Positions 1-13,662 of a stretch of DNA of 64,000 nt are shown here, piece after piece. Numbering within the stretch: the first letter of the stretch is position 1; each line of letters starts with the position of its first letter. The notes beneath the pieces are model-generated. The model had not been told where the DNA came from. It searched no databases and was given only the letters and a program-made list of their open reading frames with translations. The DNA is from Massalongia carnosa. Taxonomy: Eukaryota. Position numbers and translations under genes: made by a program. The DNA lies in contig OZ287071.1 of NCBI GenBank assembly GCA_965645245.1, forward strand, positions 1,674,001-1,738,000. The letters run 5' to 3'.

Positions 1-2370
1 TCGTGAAGCATGGTCAATTACTGCTGACAAAATTCCTTGTGGACGCCGTGTGTTGTACGGTGCGCACGTTCAGGCTGCTCTTGAAAGTTGGACTAATGAG
101 ACGGAGCGTAAGCGTACTTACTATTCAGCTGGTTCGTGTGTTACAGAGACGTAGGTATTATTATTTTCTGTTCAAATCTTTAGGAATGGAAACGACGAGC
201 CTTCTCACTGTACTCAGCGTTTTAGTATCTTCGATCGTTGATTCCTTACTTATGTGGCTGATAGGGTTTTTAGTCGTTCGTTTTCGTTTTGCTGCAAACA
301 TGACAAAGAAAATAAACGCTTCAAAGATAATTAAGTGCCCGATCAAGACTATCCAATAGAGGTTCTCTGCAGAAGTTCGCAGAAGTACATTGGCGAGGAC
401 TGTATATCAGACTAAGGTTCACAGAACGAATTAAGCAAAAGTCCGCAAAATGTACATCGGTAAGGACGGCTAATCAGACAAAATCCCATCAAAGTCCAAT
501 GCATGTAACTCAATGTCGCAGCCAATGCAAGGCAAAAACAGCATTCGGAGTGCAGCCAGCCGTTTGGATTTTAGTGGTGCCGAATCAGTCAGGCGCATCT
601 CCATTGTCAAATGTGTCGATAATCAACCTACAAGCTCTTGGCGATGATTTGATGAATACTGTTTTCATAACCGAGCGTAAGCGTTAACGCATGTTTACCG
701 ACAATCGTCAAAGATTGCTTATATGGTGTTGATAAGTCCTCGTATGCAGCGGAAGGTAGACGAACATATCGCTTCAATTGAGCTTATGTTGCATGACCGA
801 GGATCTTGGAACGCCATGCTTTAGTTCAGTTTTGAGTGGATTTACTTGCAAACCCATGCATGGAGTATTCCTTTTCTTGCTCCGTTGATGTAGAGTAAAG
901 CTCGTTCAGTTGGAAACACTTGTCTTTCGATGTTGGAATTAGGACTATGGCGGTATTACCCCGGAATTAGCGCGATGGTTGTAGACTGATAAACCTCGAA
1001 AACCTGGCTCATATACGCTGCTGGCGCTACGTCTGCACAACGATGGCGAAGCTAGAGCTAGAGCCAGTATCGGTATGCATCAATAATTGAACCTGGCGCC
1101 GCTTGGGGTAGCATCAGCTATCAAACTCCATACTCATCGGAGCAGCAAAACTTTAGTCCCAAAGTACGTTTATAATGATGTTTTGTTACCCGCACCCAAT
1201 TCCTACCAGATTTAACTGGCTCAGCCTGAGACTGTTCACGCTAAATCAGGTTTGAAGGGGTGAACTGCAGTTACTTATACCCCTGCAGATATCAAGCCAG
1301 TCACTTAGCTTAGAGTGTCCGGAAAGTCAACCTATAAAATATGCTGATAACCTACCATCATCTGCTTTCCGCAACATGCCCTTGAATTTGCTCGCTACCA
1401 TTGAGTTTCTCTTCCACGAACTTCAAGTAAGTTATGCGAAGTTATACCTATTGCTGCTGATAGAGCTAAGAATAACGGTAAGAAGTAATGCCGAGCACTC
1501 CATGCGAGAGATGTGATCATGGTGGTGAGGAAGACCCGGGGGTAGGAAAGCTTGATGATTTCTTTAAGGGAAGCAACAAACCGAGCGTGTGTCTTTTCCA
1601 TCAATCCTGCTGTTCCAGGCCGTAATGAAACAGCCTAACACGAACATAGGATACAACAGTCCAGGATAGGCTCGGTGATAGTGGGATCAAGGCATATGTT
1701 CCCGCTCGTACATCAGGCACAAGTTCCACGTCGACCGAGCCGGTCTCTGCTGCGTTGAAACGATGGCAAGAGGAAAGCCCACAGGAAGAGTACTGGAGTA
1801 TATTAGGGTATTTTGCCAAAACTAAGAGAAATGAAGAGATATGCTCCGTAATGCGCAGGGAGATGGACGCTTAGAAATGACCGAAGGAAAAGATAACTGA
1901 TTAGAGTTGTGCCGAGAATAAGAGTACTGAAACACTATTTGTTTTTTTCATCAATGTTTCTTAACTGTAGTAAAGATACTGGCATTTACATTTCGCTATT
2001 TTATAGTCATGTATCTCTGTTGTTGGAGCTTATATTGTAAGCAGTCAATGGATGCTGGTATTCTAGAACTCCAGACCAGTCAGTGTTGGCGATGATTGCT
2101 TTCTGCTGTTCGTATATGCTTTGGGACCGCATTAACTAACTCCATGTGTGGCGTCATGTTTGGTGTGGCGTGTGGCTCAGTCGAAGGTCAAGTCATGAAG
2201 AAAGCTCTTCCGCCACTGCTTTCCATATTCTCCCTCTTCTCCCTCTTCTCCTCTTTCTCCGATCTATCGGCACAGATGCTCTTAATCGCGGCCATAGTTG
2301 TTTGAGCATTTATAACTGCTATCACTCAAGCCTCGTAACTAGTCTGTAGAGTATAGAGCAACGCTGTAAA

Positions 2371-4318
2371 ATGGATGTCGAGCTGTACGTTTACGATCTC
2401 TCTAAGGTGTGACCCTTCTTTCGTGGTTGCCATGGAAAGTATTCTTAGCTGATATGGTGTGTCCAGGGCTTGGCTAGACAGGTTGGCTCTCGCACTGGCT
2501 TCATGGCGTTAAGGCTGCTGAAATATTTCCATAGATGTCTGCAACTTTCCTAGGCATCCACATCGATGCTGTCTACCATACCGCCCTCATTTTGGATGGA
2601 GTAGAATACTTTTTTGGTGCCGGAGTACAGACATCCTATCCTGGAGCGACGCATCATGGAAAACCGATGGAGATTATCTCTATGGGGACGACGAACCTAC
2701 CAATTGAAATCATTCTAGAATACTTAGAGTCTCTCAAGACGATATATACGGTGGAGGTAAGCCCCCCCCGAACCAGTTCATTCTTTACTCTACTATTTAT
2801 AACTGATCTGGAGTATCCAAGTCGTACGATTTATTCCTTCATAACTGCAATAACTTCACTAATGACTTTGCCATGTTTCTTGTGGGAGCTGGCATTCCTG
2901 AGCATATAACTTCCCTTCCCCAAGATGTCTTGAAAACGCCTTTCGGGCAGATGCTGAAGCCTCAACTTGAAAGCGCTATACGTGGAGTCACGCAAGCTCC
3001 GGTACCACAGCGGGCCATTCCACTGTCAAATGGCTATGAGAATTCCAATGGATCTTCAACTGCTTCAAGCCTTCACCAAACCATACCTACAACCAAGGCG
3101 AATGAGTACCCGGTTCATGGGGTGCATAGCGTCACCAAGGTCAAGGAGTTGGAGAAACTTTTATCGTTAGCTAAGACCTCCTGCGCTGTCATCTTCTTCA
3201 CCTCCTCAACCTGTGCGCCTTGCAAGATCGTCTATCCTGCCTACGACGAACTGGCTGCAGAGTTTGGTAGCAAAGCCTTCCTTATCAAAGTCGATATAAA
3301 CCATGCTTACGAGATCGCCTCCCAATATCGAGTCCGAGCCACCCCCACCTTCATGGCTTTCCTCTTAGGTGAGAAGGAAAATGAGTGGTCCGGCGCCAAC
3401 GAAGGTCAACTTCGGGGTAACATTCGAATGCTCGTCCAAATGGCCCATCCTCCTCACCCGCACACCAACCTTAATATTCCAACTTTACAGCGTTTGCATG
3501 ATCACCCAGTCATTTACACCAAAACCCCTCCACTTGACAAACTTATCGCCAAACTAGGCCCCCTGCAGCACGACTCTGCTATCACAGCTCTTAGAACTTT
3601 CATAACCGCCCGCGAAACCTTGAAACCCGCCGATTCCCCCCTCCCATCCCTCCCGGCTCTTGGCACACTTATCCGTAAAACCATCATTTCACTCCCCCCA
3701 ACCTCCATCTTCCCCCTCATCGACCTCTTCCGCCTTTCACTCGTTGACCCTCGTGTAAGTGGCTACTTCGCCGAAGAATCTTCTCACGCCACCGTCCTCG
3801 CCTGCCTCTCGTCCGCAACCTCTCTTGGCGATGCCTGCCCGTACGCGTTACGCATCGTCACCCTCCAAATGGCCAGCAACCTTTTCACCAGCCCCCTCTT
3901 CCCCCCTGTCCTCTTAGCCGACCCTACGCTCTCGACCCCGCTGATACAGCTCATTACGTCCTCCCTTCTCGATTCCGTGCACCCCCCCCTTCGTGTCACC
4001 GCCGCATCGGTGGCGTTCAACATCGCGGCCTTCAACCATCAGCGCCGCCTGCACGTTGAGCCGGACCTCCTGCCGGAAAGCGCGCAGGTGGAGCTGTTAG
4101 CCGGGCTGCTGGAGGCGCTGGGGAGGGAGGAGCGCGGCGGGAAAGAGGAAGTGAGGGGTCTGTTGCTTGCGGTGGGGTGTTTGGTGTACGCGGCGCCTAA
4201 GAAGGGGGAAGTGGTGGATCTGTGCAAGGCGCTGGGCGCTAGGGGTGTGGTTGAGGGTGTTGGAGGAGGGAAGGAGCTGGAGGAGTTGGTAAGGGAGGTG
4301 AGCTTGGTTGTGAGATGA
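2371..4318 (+). CDS. PPPDE/DeSI-family desumoylating isopeptidase fused to thioredoxin-like and PUL domains (4 exons)
   Basis: Spliced reading MDVELYVYDLSK/GLARQ/MSATFLG..YHT..EYFFGAG../SYDLFLHNCNNF gives the PPPDE His and Cys motifs. A thioredoxin-like CAPC motif and a helical PUL-like C-terminus lie in ORF 2873-4318. GT-AG introns are visible. Confidence 0.9.
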
Positions 4319-5240
4319 GATCTTACGAAGGAGGTTTAGATAGATGATGGGGTTGAGATTACTTGGGGAGGGCATGGGTATTTATTCGATTCGAATATCT
4401 AGATCTTGACAGAAAGGATAAACGCGATGAATCATGTAGGCATATGTAACACCTAATTACGAAAGTTGGACAATCTTCGCAGTAAATACTTGCCTCACCC
4501 ACCCCCTATTTCATACCTCTCTCTTCCTCCCTATTCCCTCCCTCCTCCATCTTCACTTCCCCCCATCCCCATTACCTCGCCCCTCTCTCTACCTACCAAC
4601 CTACCTACATATCTACTGCTGCTGCTGCTGTTGTTGTTTGTCGTCGTCGTCGCGATTGTTGATGTAATAGGAGGTAAAACGTTGGCTGAAATAGTGAAAT
4701 GGGAGGTATACATACCTATAGGATAAGAGAGGGGGGGGGTTGGTTTCGTCTGTCGTATCGGATCGCTTTGTAATTATCCTTATGGGATGGCATGGCATGA
4801 CATGGTATCACAACCCCCCCATAACCCCCTCCCTCCTGCTTCTATCTATCAATCAATTAAATAGTCCAAATAGCACATCTATTGTATCATATCGTAAATA
4901 TCCACTAAATATCCTAATATGCAAACCTGCGAACCAGCCGAAAAAGGTAGGAGGCATTCCCCCCCCAAAACAAAAAGTGGGTATTCCATTAGCCACCCTT
5001 CCTTCCTTGTAGAAACCTGGTGCTCGGAAAAAAACCCAAACCGCCCCGGAAATAAGAAATCATGGTTGGGAAACTCTAGCTAATAGTTTAGTATATACGC
5101 TCTTGATTGAGCGATGAATGGAAAGTGGTATAGCACGGAGAAGGAAGCTCTATGGAAAACGCATTTTAATTTCATCTTATGCCATGCTAGACACGACCCA
5201 GTCTCATTCCATCTCACGGAACAAGAAAGAATAAACTGCT

Positions 5241-7835
5241 TTAATTTGCAAATACTACCGATGACCCCAATCCGCCCAATCCCTTATTGCCACGACTCAC
5301 GCTTCCCCTACCGGGCCGGGGAGGCGCGGTGCGCATGAGTGGGGAGGAGAGAGAAGTTTGGGGAGAGGGGTGTTGAGTTGTGTCGATGGTGGATGTTGGT
5401 GGGATGGAGGTGGGCGCTATTGTGCTTGGGGGTGAAGATGGAAGAGTGTTTGTCGTGGTGGTGTCCTCTTTTGAAGGGGTTGGAGAAGGAGTGATAATGG
5501 TGTCGATGGCGCCAACTATCGAAGCGGAGTCTTGCGGGGTAGACGTGGCGACTGCGGTGGTGAATGGAAGGCTGTGTAGAACTTTGTCGAGAGATGTAGG
5601 AAGGAGGGCATTAGGTGGGGTGATGGGAGATAGTGTTGACGATGGCGCCGGGAGAAGATCGAGCGGTTCCTGTGGAGCGATGGGGAGCGTAAGTGATGGT
5701 GAGGCGGCGTCGGGGGTTGGGATTAGTTCCTTGGTGGATAGTAAGGTAGATGGAGCTGAGGCTTCCGGGGTTTTAGCAATGATCGTGAGGCAAGAATTTG
5801 GCTTTGTCAAAGGCTGGGTTTCGGGTACATTCGGTGGCGATATTGATCCAATACTAGGTATATTTTCCAATACACCTGGCGGTATGGCACATGGAGCTGC
5901 TGAAATTGGATCTAAAATGCCTTCTGAAGCACCTCCTTCTCTAGCGGTTTCTTCAGAGCGTGGTTCAACCGGTATAGGTTCTTTCGCTGAAATATCTATG
6001 GGTCCCGACAAAGGGACCACAGGCAGCATCTTTGATACCTGTTGTTCCATTTTCTCATAAAAAAGCATGAATACCCCCCCTTGAGCAAGCACGGTTTCTT
6101 CGGTGACCTCTGATACCTCTTGGTCGCTGAGACGCCACCAGGACTCATTAGTTTTTGCTGCTGAATTTATGTCTGGCCGAGGAGAAACTCGATGTTTCCG
6201 ATAGCAAATATAGTGTCCGTTCTCATGTCGGCCAAAGTGAGTGATTATTGCGCGAAGAACGTATATAGAGGTACTTCCTGAATCCAAGTCATCTATTTCT
6301 CCCGAAAGCATAGACTTAGATGGATCGGTGCTCCAACCCTCAACTTTGGCCTCGTTCTCGTTCCTTGATGTTCGGCCTCCTAAACACCAATGTGACAAGT
6401 CAAATTGCAGAGGAAATTTGACTTCGGCAAAGTTCTTGCGCTGCACACCACTAAACTCATCGAAAACGCTTCGATTGACGTGGATAACCAGCGATTTAGG
6501 TGTTCGAGCAATGATAGCTTGCCGAGACTTTGTGGATGAGACCCGGTTTTTGGCAGGTATCTGACATTTCTGAAGCAACGTGTTATCGGAGAATTCATCA
6601 TCGTTTAAAGCCTCGTTAACGGCTGCTAAGCGATCGTTGATTGAGTTCTGCTGGGCTTCCGTCAAACAAGGAGTAGCCAAAGCAGTCTGGCCTGGGGCTT
6701 GGTCGTACGTTTCTGACAGCAGACGTTCCATTTGCGTTTTGTTTCTTAACAGCGTGCACTTGGTGCATTCAACTCCGCTAATGTGTTCCAGCGCAGTATA
6801 ATCGTCAAGGCAGGCCCTAAAGTTATATATCCGTTGTTTCCCGAGCGGGACGGTGAGGCAGTTGAAAGGAATTAAGGTCAAGCCCTCGACGAAGCCACAC
6901 TGCAGGCAACCGACGCGCTGAGCCAAAAGTCCCTCCAATGGGTTTCGAGCCAATATGGATATAAGCTCATCTGGAAGACATTCAAGCTTTGACCCGGTTG
7001 ACTTAGAGGATGGCTTCAAGGACTCAATATATCGGATCTTGCTTCTGGGTTTGCATCCAGGGCCATCAAGCGTTAGGTTTACAGCTTCAGCAAAACTATT
7101 ATGGCAAGATTTGCTCCTTGCCATTCTCAACGTTTCTTTCTCCACTTCATCCACAAGCTTCGAAAAGTACTCCTGTGCGTCTTGTTGCTGCCAGCTGCTC
7201 ATGCTTTTTAATTCCGCTGGCGTCCACAACATCTTTCCTGCATTCAACGGATCATTGAGCTTTGAGATAAGACCGCTCAAAGATTTTCGGGTAGACTTTA
7301 CATCCTCCGAGCCTGACGTCTTACTCAAGAAGTCGGCCAACGATGGCAAGGAAGCCAAGCCTTGGATGACGCTATTCTGATAGCAAGAGTTGTCCCAATT
7401 CCCGAGACCCGGTGGGCTATCCTTCAAGACATTACTCGTGCCTGCATGAAAGAGCGTCCCGATGCTCGAGATGCTTGTGTTTTGTTGTAACCTGTTGACA
7501 AATCCAGTTTCGTTCAATCCCAATATGCGCCTCATCATCTCGCTTTTCATTGCATGATGTAGGCTTTTGTTGCCCCCTTCAGCCATATTCCCCGATCTCC
7601 TCCCACCGCTAGCATCTAGGATCGCCAATAGTCTCGAAGGTGTCAGGTATACTAGCACGTTCCACGCCAGTTCGGACACGGGTAGTATCGGGAAATCGTA
7701 ACAGTGGAGGATTTGATAGATGGCTAATACCGCAAGACCAAAGTAGGCGACTATCGTGGATGAAGGGAAGATAGAAGAGCCAGTGGCGGAAATGTCCATA
7801 TGAAAGGCCTGGCTCTCGAAGAAATGTGCGTTCAT
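5241..7835 (-). CDS. Ubiquitin C-terminal hydrolase (USP/peptidase C19) with N-terminal hydrophobic anchor, USP30/Ubp16-like
   Basis: Cys box GLGNWDNSCYQNS, QQQDAQE motif, His box HFGRHENGHY, WWRLSD; N-terminal TM-like segment; Pro/Ser/Thr-rich tail. Confidence 0.9.
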   Translation of the reverse strand: MNAHFFESQAFHMDISATGSSIFPSSTIVAYFGLAVLAIYQILHCYDFPILPVSELAWNVLVYLTPSRLLAILDASGGRRSGNMAEGGNKSLHHAMKSEMMRRILGLNETGFVNRLQQNTSISSIGTLFHAGTSNVLKDSPPGLGNWDNSCYQNSVIQGLASLPSLADFLSKTSGSEDVKSTRKSLSGLISKLNDPLNAGKMLWTPAELKSMSSWQQQDAQEYFSKLVDEVEKETLRMARSKSCHNSFAEAVNLTLDGPGCKPRSKIRYIESLKPSSKSTGSKLECLPDELISILARNPLEGLLAQRVGCLQCGFVEGLTLIPFNCLTVPLGKQRIYNFRACLDDYTALEHISGVECTKCTLLRNKTQMERLLSETYDQAPGQTALATPCLTEAQQNSINDRLAAVNEALNDDEFSDNTLLQKCQIPAKNRVSSTKSRQAIIARTPKSLVIHVNRSVFDEFSGVQRKNFAEVKFPLQFDLSHWCLGGRTSRNENEAKVEGWSTDPSKSMLSGEIDDLDSGSTSIYVLRAIITHFGRHENGHYICYRKHRVSPRPDINSAAKTNESWWRLSDQEVSEVTEETVLAQGGVFMLFYEKMEQQVSKMLPVVPLSGPIDISAKEPIPVEPRSEETAREGGASEGILDPISAAPCAIPPGVLENIPSIGSISPPNVPETQPLTKPNSCLTIIAKTPEASAPSTLLSTKELIPTPDAASPSLTLPIAPQEPLDLLPAPSSTLSPITPPNALLPTSLDKVLHSLPFTTAVATSTPQDSASIVGAIDTIITPSPTPSKEDTTTTNTLPSSPPSTIAPTSIPPTSTIDTTQHPSPQTSLSSPLMRTAPPRPGRGSVSRGNKGLGGLGSSVVFAN

Positions 7836-8190
7836 GATGAAAATCTCACGAGCCCTTCGTGCGGGTCTTCTTAGAGTTTGGGAGACACCTCAAATAGAGG
7901 AGATAAAAAAAGCATCAGGTGATATGGCGATAGAGGAGGCAACTACGAGTCTTGCATAACCATCGTGTTCAAGTTTATCCGTAGCAGTAATCAGCTAGTG
8001 GCATTTTATGCAAATTCAGGGATCAATAATACTTTTATTCTTCAATCAACCTCTACCAACTCTCTTGTATACCTATATCGCTACTTACCCAGTCTCATCA
8101 GCTCCCAATTCTTAGTCCAAAAATCCTTTAATCGTCGCTTTTTAATCCAAGAGCCATCTCCAAATAAATCACCCATCTCCCATCCCAACA

Positions 8191-8834
8191 ATGGTCGAAC
8201 TCGAAGAAGTCGAGGACCGCGAGCTCGAAGCCCCCCAACCCGGCCCTATAGACGATGATGAAGACTCCGCAGACTTTACCGACACCGGTCTACTACCCCC
8301 CTTCCCTATTTTCTTCCCATCCCACCGTCTCTAACCACTCCTTTTGCCAGATTCCTCCCTCTCCACCACCTCCCTCCCCCCCATCACACTTGGTCTCCCT
8401 GACGAAACCCTTACCGAGCGATTCCTTGCCCTGCGTGACATGCTGGCGCCCAGCACGCGGCGCCGCCTCGCACAGGTGACGGCGCAAGTCACCAGCGTGC
8501 TTAAGAGCGGCGCTGTCTGGGGCGGAAAGGGGATGTGGGTGGTAACGGCCAGTGCACTGATGCTGGGGGTTCCGTGGGCGATGGCATTTGTGGAGGAGCA
8601 GCAAATGGTGGAGATGGAGCGGGAACAGCGGGCGAGGGAGAGTGCGGGCGAAGTAAGTCGACTTTTTAAGGGGGCCCTTGTTTTGCAGGCTACGTTTCGC
8701 AAATGTCCACCATTTGCCCATCTTATACATCTACCTCCGAAAAGCTAACGTCAATCCTCTGCACCTCCCAGGTTCTGACCCCGGGCGCCACAGCCTCCCA
8801 GCCCGGAGCGCAACAGGGCCGAGCGGCCCCATAA
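8191..8834 (+). CDS. TOM22: Mitochondrial import receptor Tom22 (3 exons: 8191-8287, 8351-8652, 8772-8834)
   Basis: MVELEEVED acidic N-terminus, DETLTERFLALRDM, TM segment WVVTASALMLGVPWAMA, EEQQMVEMERE; canonical introns. Confidence 0.93.
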
Positions 8835-9311
8835 AATTTCCGTTTCTTGCATCCTCCACTCCAACTCGAAATAACAAATCCCCCGAGAAAAAGAACCCAA
8901 TGAAAGAAGACTTAGTTAGGAACGAAAGCGACGGCTATATGCGAATGGCGTGGCATACTGATCTCCAGAAAACACTCGGCGGCCGCACGAATAGGGGGGG
9001 GTTAGTAGCGAGAGCAGATCCGGTCATTGTGGTGCAGGGAAGCCCCCCTGGGAAAATCTTAACCTTGATCTGTTTAGAAATAAACGGTTCTGTAGCTTGT
9101 CGTGTAAGATAGATCTATGGGTTTTCTTGCAGAAGTTGGGTGCTTTTTGGGTTGGGTTGGGTTGGGTACGAGGTTCGGACCTGTGTGTAATTACGCCTCC
9201 AGAATAGCCCACTCGTAACTAAACGTACAATGCGGAAAACCCCACCACCAATCCTGCCTCTCATATGACAGGACCCGCCTAGCAACTGCGATCCACGCGA
9301 CATATTCCCCC

Positions 9312-11192
9312 TCACCTCCTCCCGAGCTTCCACTTTGAAATCCTCTCCTGAATCTCTCCCCAACTGAACTCTCCCTTCCTCGACCCAGGCTGCACCCCTT
9401 CCTGTAAAACCACTGTCGGCGACCCGCTGCCTCCCCCCAAGTTTCTGACTAGCCCTCCAAACACGCTCCGCGCGACTTGTGTCAGATCCTTGACCGTCAA
9501 AGCCTCAATCCGTGCGCACATCTCCCTCACGCCCACTTTTCTTCCATGCACTTGCACCTGCCGCCCAAGATCCTCCAGCTCCACCATACGGCTCTCCAAG
9601 TTCATTAGAAGTGCGCTGCGCAGCTGGTTTTTCGCCCGGTTAACTTCTACCGTCTGTAGCGCAGAAGGGCCCGTCTCGAGCGTCAGGTTTTGCAGCTCAC
9701 GGCACATAACTTCAAGCATCTGACCAATGCGCGCGGGATTGCAACTAGCGCTAATGCCGAACAGGCCCGAGTCGGTGTAAGAATGGTTGAAGGCGATGCA
9801 GGACTCGACCCAGCCGTGCTGGTTGAGAACGTTGGTGTAAAGCCGCGAGTACATACCTTTGCCTGGACCACCGGCGCTGAAGGACCCGCCACCGCCGAGT
9901 AGAGTTTGCAGGGTCGCAAGGGCATATATATCTAGGGAAGAAATGGGAAGAGCTTCGAAAGCGAGATGGATGTGCGAGAGGTGCGGGTGTACGGGGTTTG
10001 ACGGTAGTGGTAACGGGGGCAGGGAGAGGAAGCCGCCAGTGTAGCGGGAGGGAGCACTAAGGTCAACAGAGGCGAAGGTTGAAGGAGCCGAATCTAGGGA
10101 GGATAGTGAGGCTTGTGAGGATGTCGATGTTGAAAGGTTTTTGAGAAACGGTAGGCTAGATAGAAATCTCGATGTTTGTGTTGGCGATGTGGAAGGAGTG
10201 CTAATTGGTGACGTTGAAGCTGATTGTATCGAGGAGGAAGGGGATGAAGACGCGTAGCGAGTTGTAGTGGATAATTCGGATAATGAAGTATTTAGTCCTG
10301 TTCCACTTATGGATGGCCTTGGTACACTCTTCATATCACCAAAGTATTTTTCTGTAAGCTTCAAAGCCTTTTCATGTACAACGCCAGCAAATGCAACCAC
10401 AATTCGTTCTGGGTGGAAAAACGTGCTTCTGTACTTTTCGACCACATTCTTATTGATGAACCGCAGACGCTCTTGGGGACACAGTAAAGGATTTCCAAGC
10501 GTGTTGTCTTTGTAGGCAGCTATGTTCACCAGCTCCGGTAAAATTAGCTCAGGCTTAGACCATATTTCGCTAATTTCATACTCGGCAGTCTCCAGTTGCT
10601 GTTGGATCTCTAGCTCAGTGATTAATGGATGCCGTATGGTTTCTGCCAGGAGGCCGAGTGTGGTGGACACAGATGAGTTAAAACTTGCGGATTGATACAT
10701 GAGCGACTCTCTAGATGATGCGCATTGTATATTCCCACCAAGCGTCTCCAAGGATTCTAGCATTTGATCTGATGTTCTCGAGCTCGTCGACTGTTTATTT
10801 CAATCAGCTGCGTCACACGCTGTAGGAAGAAGCAGTGTAGACCTTGAAAGCTAAGCGATCAATTATATGACTGACTCCCCGAAGCTCCTCATTCTCATAG
10901 CGGGACCCAGCATCAATATACACGCCGATACCAGAGAAGGGACCAGGAAGGGCTTCAGTAGCAACACGGATGCCATTTGACAGGTTAGTGATTTGATCAA
11001 ATTCCGCAGGATCCTAAAGGATGGCAAGCTTAGCTCTAAGTTTCGTGGCAGCTTGGTTAATCTCACCTTCTGTGTCGAATCAGCGATACTCGTAAGATTC
11101 CTGACCGATTTAGGAGCCCAAGTGGCACCACGAGTAACGCCCTTTGCCTGGTTGGAAAGTCGCGCTAGTGCCCGAGCTGATGTGCGCTGCAT
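9312..11192 (-). CDS. MAS2: Mitochondrial processing peptidase alpha subunit (M16), multi-exon
   Basis: Arg-rich presequence MQRTSARALARL; GGNIQCASSRESLMYQ; glycine-rich loop LLGGGGSFSAGGPGKGMYSRLY; LMNLESRMVELEDLGRQ. Confidence 0.95.
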
Positions 11193-11635
11193 GATGAAAA
11201 GGGAGTGTATCTGCAAAAGAAGAGATCGGTATTATATCTAAGTGAAGAAAAGAAGAGTGTCAGAAAATTGTCGACGCCTTGGTCGACCAAAAAACGACTA
11301 CATCTTAGCGCTCTAGCGATCAGTTCGAGGTAGAAAATCCTTTGGCGGCAAAACCTCGGCGCTTTAGTGCTTTAGCCTCCCCTTCTGCCACCTTTTTGTC
11401 GATGCAAACCTTCAAACTCTCGTTATGGATAGGATAACCTTTCAAGTTGTACTCTATCAAAACAAGTAATTGAGGGGTGAGTTCCAGTGTTTGGATTGGG
11501 CTGGGCTCAATTGTATAATGAAAACACTAGCAAATCTCATCATAAAATTGGGAGAAGATCCCCAGTATGGACGAGACAGCTTTACTTCACCAGAACCATT
11601 GCTCGCCCGCCTTTTCTACTTCCTTTTCCTATTCC

Positions 11636-13662
11636 TTATCCACTCCTCTCCCGTCCTCTTCTTTTCGTGTCATCGCCGCCATCAGGTACATACCGATCAA
11701 TCTCTACAAACCCTCGATGCTTCTCCTCTCTTCCTCCTTCTTTCCTCTCCCCGTCCCTACCCCTCTTCCTCTCTCTTTCTTTCTCCCTCCCCTTCTCCCT
11801 CCCCCTCTCCCTCTCTCTTTCTCTCTCCATTTCCCTTTCCCTTTCTCTCTCCCTATCTCTCTCCCTTCCCCTTATCACTCCACCCCCGGGGACATACCGG
11901 TCAATATCTATTGGACTCTTATCTCTGCTCCTATGCGCTCTTGTACCTCGCCCAACCTCGTAACCCCCGTTTCTCACATTTCTCGTTTCGGGACTTCTAG
12001 AACGCTCATGGCGCCTTTCACGGCTGCGCGAGCGACTGATATGATTATTGGTAGAGTGAAGCCGTTTCGAGCGGTGGGAATGATGTTGCTCAAGGGTGTG
12101 ATGGTGACGCTCACGGTAATGGGTCTGGTGCGGCGGCGGCGGTAAGTCCCGTTCTTGCGTGCCGCTACGGCTGCGAACAGCCGCACGTTTGTAATCTTCG
12201 GCTTCGCGCTCGCGTTGCGCTGCGGCTTGCTTCTTCCATAGTGCTTTTACATCCAGGTCGAAATGACGTTGTTCGTCATGACGGCGTGAGGAGTACTTCA
12301 TTCGGGAGCGCGAACGAGATCGGCTGTAATGGCGGCTATGATGAGTTTGTGGACTACGACTTCGGCTGCGACTCTGTGAATAAGTAAGGGGGTTGGATAG
12401 TTCGCGGATAAGGTTTGTGTTGTTGAACCCGAGCTTTGGGACTGATTGATGGTCTATTTTCCCGAAGGAGGACTTGTGGGGCGAGGCTATTCTGGGTGGG
12501 GGCAAATCGGAGAGTTTAGCTTTGGAGAGGTGGGATGTTTTCCGTAGGGGAGGATCCAGGGATTGAGAACGTTCGAAATCAGGTTTGGAACCGGATTTAG
12601 CGGCGAGTTCGCGGCCTTCTCGGAGGAGAAGCTCAAGCGCGGCTTCTTCCAGCGCTTTCTCGTCTACAGGTGGTGGTGGCGTGGGCCTTGAAGGGGAGTT
12701 CCGGGTTTGGATGTGGGATGTTATAGCGCTTCTGCGAGTTCTCTCCATGTCATCATAACTTGATCGGACATGTTCTCGGCTACGGTGGCGTTCTCCTTCC
12801 CTCTCGGACTGTTCTTGTTTCCGCCGCTCATACCGCTCCTGCCGTTCGAGTTCCTTTTCCTGCTGCTGCTGTTTCAGAACGGCCCTTTGGGCTTCGCGCT
12901 CCTCTTCTTTTTGCTTCTCCTTGGCCTCATCCTCCCGCCGTTTTTCATCTGCGCTTCGAAGCTTTTCAAGTTCCAGCCTCTTCTTCTTCTCTTCGGCTCT
13001 CAGCTTCTCCTTTTCTTCTTCCCGCCGTTTTCGAACTTCCTCCTGCTGTCGAGCTTTCTCCCTCGCTGTTCGGCGTTTGGCTGACTCTTGCGCATACTCA
13101 TCGTCTGTTTTGCTGCCGCGCTTCTCCTCCTCTGCTGCAATAGCTTCTCCAACCTCAGCCCTTCTAATGTCTCTTCCAGCCTTGTAGACCCGACCAACAC
13201 TTTGTTCAATCAAGGCATCAAGAGAAATTTCAATACTTTTATAAATTTCGCTTCGGTCAACCGCTCCTTGCATCAACGTAGCTGCCTTTCCACGGTCACG
13301 AGATAACAGCGATGGATCACGTTCAGTCTCGACTTCGGCAAGATCGTTCAGAAAGCGGTTGAATGCTATCTTATCATCCTAATCCATTGTCCTTGTGTTA
13401 GTCCAATAGAAGTCGACATGGCTTCTCGCAGTCAACACCGTGTAAAATTTGATTCAGCACTCACACTCTCTATGTACTGAGACCAGACCTTCTTTCGCAG
13501 TGCATCATATTCGCCTTTCTTCTTGATTGTATGGAGGAGGCCATCAATGGCAGACCTTTGAGAAGAGTTGAGAGGAAGTTCTGAAGTCTTAAACCTCTTC
13601 CGAGGGATAATATCCGCTCTTTCTAGTACAAGACTATTAATTTTGACTTCTGTTGAGGCCAT
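11636..13662 (-). CDS. BOD1/Shg1 (COMPASS-associated) domain protein with long charged and RS/RE-rich tail (2 exons)
   Basis: N-terminal KRFKTSELPL..LLHTIKKKGEYDALRKKVW resembles the BOD1/Shg1 domain; intron at about 13379-13464; coiled-coil and RS-rich ORF 11636-13276. Confidence 0.7.

Noticed and set aside
369..482. Imperfect ~48-bp direct repeat (GCAGAAGTTCGCAGAAGTACATTGG.. / GCAAAAGTCCGCAAAATGTACATCGG..) and intron-like signals near 80-121
   Set aside because: Only two diverged copies at the window edge, and all minus-strand frames next to the putative donor are closed, so no feature can be assigned.
11470..13306. Long plus-strand ORFs antisense to the Shg1-like gene (and similar antisense ORFs over USP, T7H and TEL1)
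   Set aside because: Shadow frames of low-complexity or GC-rich coding sequence.
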